This document shows, one piece after another, positions 27,684 to 32,000 of a stretch of 32,000 bases of DNA. How positions within the stretch are numbered: position 1 is the first letter of the stretch; each line of letters begins with the position of its first letter. The stretch lies in contig BA000021.3 in NCBI GenBank assembly GCA_000008885.1, positions 240,001 to 272,000 on the forward strand. The letters run 5' to 3'. Origin of the DNA: Wigglesworthia glossinidia endosymbiont of Glossina brevipalpis (lineage in GTDB: Bacteria > Pseudomonadota > Gammaproteobacteria > Enterobacterales > Enterobacteriaceae). A program made the position numbers and the translations under genes. The notes beneath the pieces were generated by a model, which saw nothing but the letters and a program-made list of their open reading frames with translations, was not told the DNA's origin and searched no databases.

Positions 27684-29168
27684 TTATGTGTTATTATTAA
27701 ACCAACATATATTCCTTGCGGCCATAATTAATTCACCGGCTTTTTTATTGCTTAAGTCTTTAATATCAGATATATCATCAATTCCTTGTTCTGCTAAATC
27801 CTCTAATGTAAATATTCCTTTTTCTGCAAATTTATAAGCTATATTAGAATTTACTCCAGATAGTTTTATTAATTTTTCATCTAACGATGTTAACTCTTTT
27901 TCTTCTTTCATCAAAGCAATTTTTGTTAATGCATATTGTGCTTGTTCTTTTAACAATTTTGCGGTTTTTTCGTTTAAAATATCTATGGATAATAATTCAT
28001 TAATTGGAATGTAAGCAATATCTTCTATTTTAGAAAAACCTTCTTTTACTAAATTTTTTGCTAACTCTTGATTAATATTTAGATGTTCTAAAAATAAATT
28101 CATTGAATTTTCTTCTTCAGCTTTATTTTTATTTTTTAAATCTTTTTCTGTCATAACATTTAACTCCCAACCGCTTAGTTGAGAAGCAAGTCTGATGTTC
28201 TGACCATTCTTACCAATAGCTTGAGCTAAATTTTCACTATTAACTGCAATATCCATTGTATGATTATCTTCATCTATTACAATTGAAGTAACATCTGCAG
28301 GAGACATAGCATTAATTACAAATTGAGCTGGATTTTCATCCCATAAAACTATATCTATTCTTTCTCCTCCTAATTCTCTAGATACAGCTTGAACTCTAGC
28401 TCCTCTCATTCCTACGCAAGCCCCAATTGGATCTATTCTTTTATCGTTAGTTTGAACTGCTATTTTAGATCTTAAACCAGGATCTCTAGCAGTAGCTTTT
28501 ATATTAATAACTTCTTCTCCTATTTCTGGAACTTCTATTCTAAACAATTCAATTAACATTTCTTTTTTAGATCTACTTATAAACAACTGAGCTCCTTTAG
28601 ATTCTGGATTAATATAATAAAGAACACCTCTAACTCTATCTCCTGGTCTAAAATATTCTTTTGGCAACATATCTTCTTTATTTATCACTGCCTCTGCATG
28701 ACTTCCTAGATCTAAACTAACTCCGTCTCTATTTAATTTTTTTACTATTCCTGTAATAATTTCTCCTTTGCGCTCTTTAAATTTATTTACTATCATAGAT
28801 CTTTCTGCTTCTCTTACTTTTTGTACGATAACTTGTTTTGCAGTTTGTGTAGTTATTCTATCAAATAGAACTGATTTTATTTTATCCTCAATGTACTCTT
28901 TTAGTTTAGCTTCTGGATTTTCTATTTTTGCTGCTTCTAAAGTAATCTCTTTAGTTGGTTGTGTCACTTCATCTACTATCATCCATCGTCTAAAAGTTCC
29001 AAATGATCCTGATTTTCTATCAATGCTAATTCTTACATCAATATCTTTCTCATGTTTTTTTTTTGTAGCAGCAGCTAAAGCTTTCTCTAAAGCTTCAAAA
29101 ATCTTTTCTCTTGGAAGAGCTTTTTCATTTGAAACAGCTTCTACTACAGCTAAAATTTCTTTATTCAT
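27684..29168 (-). CDS. nusA: Transcription termination/antitermination factor NusA
   Basis: 494 aa. The N-terminus [28 protein letters not shown] matches my recollection of E. coli NusA residue for residue. S1, KH1/KH2 and both C-terminal acidic repeat regions are recognisable, ending ...[14 protein letters not shown]. Confidence 0.98.
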   Translation of the reverse strand: MNKEILAVVEAVSNEKALPREKIFEALEKALAAATKKKHEKDIDVRISIDRKSGSFGTFRRWMIVDEVTQPTKEITLEAAKIENPEAKLKEYIEDKIKSVLFDRITTQTAKQVIVQKVREAERSMIVNKFKERKGEIITGIVKKLNRDGVSLDLGSHAEAVINKEDMLPKEYFRPGDRVRGVLYYINPESKGAQLFISRSKKEMLIELFRIEVPEIGEEVINIKATARDPGLRSKIAVQTNDKRIDPIGACVGMRGARVQAVSRELGGERIDIVLWDENPAQFVINAMSPADVTSIVIDEDNHTMDIAVNSENLAQAIGKNGQNIRLASQLSGWELNVMTEKDLKNKNKAEEENSMNLFLEHLNINQELAKNLVKEGFSKIEDIAYIPINELLSIDILNEKTAKLLKEQAQYALTKIALMKEEKELTSLDEKLIKLSGVNSNIAYKFAEKGIFTLEDLAEQGIDDISDIKDLSNKKAGELIMAARNICWFNNNT

Positions 29169-29198
29169 TTATCGATTTTTTTAATAAATTAAATTGTT

Positions 29199-29238
29199 AA
29201 AAATAAAAAAATTATTTCATTTTATAGTAAAAATGAAA
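29199..29238 (-). terminator. Candidate intrinsic terminator or attenuator between tRNA-fMet and nusA
   Basis: On the minus strand, a perfect 9-bp stem TTTCATTTT/AAAATGAAA (29215-29223 and 29230-29238) flanks a 6-nt loop. It is followed by TAATTTTTTTATTTTT (29214 down to 29199). The stem is almost entirely A-U with one G-C pair, so it would be thermodynamically weak. Confidence 0.3.
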
Positions 29239-29340
29239 TCAATAAATTAATTATAATTTAATACTTAAATAACTAATTCTTAAAAAAATTTTTACATTTA
29301 ACAAGCATTGAATAATTTGATATAAATTAATTATTTAAAT

Positions 29341-29417
<77 letters not shown>

Positions 29418-29423
29418 ATTTAT

Positions 29424-29452
29424 AATATAAGATAAAAAATTCAAAAAATCAA
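29424..29452 (-). promoter_or_regulatory. Candidate sigma70 promoter for tRNA-fMet (and nusA-infB)
   Basis: On the minus strand, TTGATT (29452-29447) is followed by a 17-nt spacer and then TATATT (29429-29424). The mature tRNA 5' end at 29417 is 7 nt downstream of the -10 hexamer. In DNA this A+T-rich, hexamer matches arise easily by chance. Confidence 0.3.
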
Positions 29453-29461
29453 GTTGATTTT
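29434..29461 (-). terminator. Candidate weak terminator hairpin after tRNA-Leu
   Basis: On the minus strand, AAAATCA-act-TGATTTT (29461-29445) forms a 7-bp stem with one G-C pair. It is followed by TTGAATTTTTTATC. It overlaps the proposed -35 element of the metY promoter. Confidence 0.25.
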
Positions 29462-29471
29462 GCTTAAAAAG

Positions 29472-29555
29472 TGCCGAGAGCGGGACTTGAACCCGCATAC
29501 CTTTTACGGTATTACCACCTCAAAGTAACGTGTATACCAATTTCACCATCTCGGC
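29472..29555 (-). tRNA. leuU: tRNA-Leu (anticodon GAG), type II with long variable arm, CCA not encoded
   Basis: The reverse complement GCCGAGATGGTGAAATTGGTATACACGTTACTTTGAGGTGGTAATACCGTAAAAGGTATGCGGGTTCAAGTCCCGCTCTCGGCA aligns with E. coli leuU tRNA-Leu(GAG). The acceptor stem GCCGAGA/TCTCGGC and the T-arm GCGGG-TTCAAGT-CCCGC are intact. It lies just downstream of secG, as in E. coli. After the discriminator A the genomic sequence reads CTT, not CCA. Confidence 0.92.
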
Positions 29556-29575
29556 ATTTAAAATATTAAATAATT

Positions 29576-29917
29576 TTATTTTTTATTTTTATCTGAAAAA
29601 TTAAATTTTTTTTCAAATTCGCTATCTTTTTTGATGTCATTCTTATGAATTTCGCTTGAAAGCAAATATTCCCATTTTTTATCTTTATCGTTATTGTTGT
29701 TTATATTTCCTAATATCAAACTAAATACAAAAAATAAAACAGCAAAAATACTTGTAAGTTTTTTTGAAAAACTGTTGGAAGTAGATTGACCAAAAATACT
29801 TCCAGAGAATGGATTATAAGAAGAATACAATTCATATACTTTTTCATCTTGAATTATTACTAAAAAAATTAGCCCGCAAGATATTAACAAAAAAATAATT
29901 AAAAAAATAAAATACAT
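29576..29917 (-). CDS. secG: Protein-export membrane protein SecG
   Basis: 113 aa. MYFIFLIIFLLISCGLIFLVIIQ... and ...LTSIFAVLFFVFSLILGNINNN parallel E. coli SecG MYEALLVVFLIVAIGLVGLIMLQ... and ...MTALLATLFFIISLVLGNINSN. An AGGA lies about 8 nt upstream of the ATG. Confidence 0.9.
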   Translation of the reverse strand: MYFIFLIIFLLISCGLIFLVIIQDEKVYELYSSYNPFSGSIFGQSTSNSFSKKLTSIFAVLFFVFSLILGNINNNNDKDKKWEYLLSSEIHKNDIKKDSEFEKKFNFSDKNKK

Positions 29918-29976
29918 ATTATTTCCTAATAAAATTAATTAATTAAAAACTCTTATTACATATATATAAATAAGAT

Positions 29977-31317
29977 TTATATAACTGACTTTACTGCATT
30001 TGCTATATTATAAGCTAGCTTGATTATTTTATTTTCTTCTTTACCTTCTACCATTATTCTTATCAAAGGTTCTGTTCCAGATTTTCTTAATAATATTCTT
30101 CCATTACCATCTAAATTTTTTTTAGATATTTCAATAATTTTTTTTACTATATTTGATTCTAAAGGATTATTTTCTTTATCTATTTGAACATTAATTAAAA
30201 TTTGGGGAAATAAATTTATTCCATTGCAAAGATTTTTCAATGTTGTATTGTTCTTTGCTATAATTGATAAAATTTGCAATCCTGCTATTATTCCGTCTCC
30301 AGTAGATGTATGATCTAACAAAATTACATGACCTGAATTTTCAGCTCCTATTTTCCATCCTTGTTTTTCTAGTTCGTTTAATACGTATCTATCTCCAATT
30401 CTAGACCTGATGAAAGGTACCTCTAATTTTTTTAGAGCTATTTCTAGTCCCATATTGCTCATTAGAGTTCCAACTACACCTCCATTTAATTTTTTATTTT
30501 TTAATTTATCACAAGCTATAATATATAAAATTTGATCACCATTAACAATATTTCCAAGATGATCTATCATAATAATTCTATCTCCATCTCCATCATATGC
30601 TATTCCTAAATGAGCTTTATTTTGTAAAACTTTTTTTCTTAAAAGTGATATATTTGTTGTTCCACATTTATAATTTATATTTTTTCCGTTTGGATTACAT
30701 CCTAATTTAAAAACATTTGCTCCAAGATTTTTTAACAAAACAGGTGCTATTTGATATGTAGATCCATTAGCACAATCTACAACAATATTTAACCCTTTTA
30801 AATTTATATTATTTGATACTGTAGATCTACAAAATTTAATGTATTGATTTATTAAATTTACTTTCTGATATTTATTTTTACAATATATATTTTTTTTTAA
30901 AATTGTTAATTTAGATAATTTGATTTCTATATCATTTTCTAATTTATCTGATAACTTTTTTCCATTTACAGAGAATATTTTAATTCCATTATCAGAACAT
31001 AAATTATGTGATGCAGAAACTGATATACCTGCGTCTGCTTTTAAATAAGATGTTAAATAAGAAATTGCTGGAGTAGGAATAGATCCAATCAATAAAGACG
31101 AAAGACCAGAACATGATAGACCATATGCTAGTGTAGACTCTAGTATAAATCCAGATTGTCTAGTGTCATTTCCTATTAATACTTTATTAAAAGAATTTTC
31201 TTTATATAATAAATTTCCAATTACAAAACCTAACTTAAAAAAAAATTCTGGAGTGATTGGGTTTTTACCAACTTTCCCTCTTATTCCATCTGTTCCAAAA
31301 TATTTATTATTTTCCAT
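29977..31317 (-). CDS. glmM: Phosphoglucosamine mutase GlmM
   Basis: 446 aa. The N-terminus [13 protein letters not shown] and the phosphoserine loop SASHN are present. It lies between folP and secG, as in E. coli. Confidence 0.97.
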
Positions 31318-32000
31318 AAAATAAATTTTTTTTTGCTAAGATAAATTTTTTAAATATATCAATTGCAACAATTGTTTCTTTTACATCATGAGCTCTAATT
31401 ATAGAAGCCCCTTCAATCAAGGAAAGAATAGCACATGAAATACTTCCAGATAAACGGCTTTCTGGAGTAAATAAATTATTTTCATCTGTCATTGATTTTC
31501 TTGACATTCCTACTAATATTGGAATATTAAAAGATTTAAATTTTCCTAAATTTGACAATAAAGTAAAATTATGATTTATTGTTTTGCCAAAACCAAAACC
31601 TGGATCTATAATGATACGATCTTTACTTATTCCTTTGCTTTTAAGAAAATTTATTTTTTTTTCAAAAAATTTTTTTATTTCTGACAAAATGCAATTATAT
31701 TTTGGTTTTTTTTGCATAAATCTAGGGCTTCCCCTCATATGCATTAGACAGATCATAATATCACTTTTAGAAATAACATGCAAAGAACTAAACTCCCTTA
31801 AAGATCTAATATCATTTATCATATGAACACCTAAATCTATACATTTTGTTAAAATATTTTGTCTAGAAGTATTTATGGATACAATTATATTGAATTCTTT
31901 TATTATTTCTTTTATTATAGGAATAACTCTACTCTCTTCAACTTTTTCACTAACTCTCTTCGCTCCTGGCCTGCTAGATTCACCTCCTACATCGATTATA
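31307..32000 (-). CDS. folP: Dihydropteroate synthase FolP; the N-terminal part lies outside the window
   Basis: The listed ORF starts at an internal Met. The frame stays open up to the window edge; I translated it by hand as [66 protein letters not shown]. This matches E. coli [66 protein letters not shown]. The stop overlaps the glmM start by 11 nt. Confidence 0.94.

Noticed and set aside
27684-29168. Possibility that the high conservation and lower A+T content of nusA reflect recent horizontal replacement.
   Set aside because: The gene sits in perfectly conserved operon context (metY-nusA-infB) with tight spacing and no flanking scars. It still uses A+T-biased codons and contains an A10 tract. 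Strong purifying selection is the simpler explanation.
28768-29184. A 138-aa plus-strand ORF antisense to the 5' part of nusA.
   Set aside because: It has the same phase relationship to the sense gene as the ftsI shadow ORF, and nusA is less A+T-rich, which further depletes antisense stops. It has no Shine-Dalgarno and no recognisable family.

Overview
This window is extremely A+T-rich and almost entirely coding. It looks like part of a reduced-genome, Enterobacterales-derived endosymbiont chromosome: proteins are rich in Lys/Asn/Ile, spacers are very short, and I found no mobile DNA. The exact organism cannot be named from the sequence alone. I can support 28 protein genes and 2 tRNAs, and all but holE and gpmA are on the minus strand.

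The content falls into three parts:
- The dcw cell-wall and division cluster on the minus strand, in transcription order rsmH-ftsL-ftsI-murE-murF-mraY-murD-ftsW-murG-murC-ftsQ-ftsA. It lacks mraZ and ddlB.
- A small block of genes that are dispersed in E. coli: ftnA, holE, ddlA, gpmA and mdlAB.
- The block folP-glmM-secG-tRNA-Leu(GAG)-tRNA-fMet-nusA-infB-rbfA-truB-rpsO-pnp-deaD, in E. coli order but without argG/yhbX, rimP and nlpI.

Every ORF of credible size is a recognisable housekeeping gene. The only apparent orphan, a 76-aa ORF, is the DNA polymerase III theta subunit. I see no CRISPR array, IS or transposon, integrase, toxin-antitoxin pair, defence genes, or repeat family.

I find no evidence for a novel multi-gene system in this window. 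The findings below are modest, locus-level curiosities:
- An apparently degenerate ATPase site in MdlA.
- Replacement of ddlB by ddlA.
- Retention of holE and an intact ferritin.
- TTG and GTG start codons at pnp and mdlA.
- An ambiguous truB start.
- Unusually strong conservation of nusA.
- Long poly(A) tracts inside essential genes.
- Candidate signals around the tRNA pair and rpsO.

All homology statements rest on my recollection of E. coli orthologue sequences and family motifs. No searches were run.
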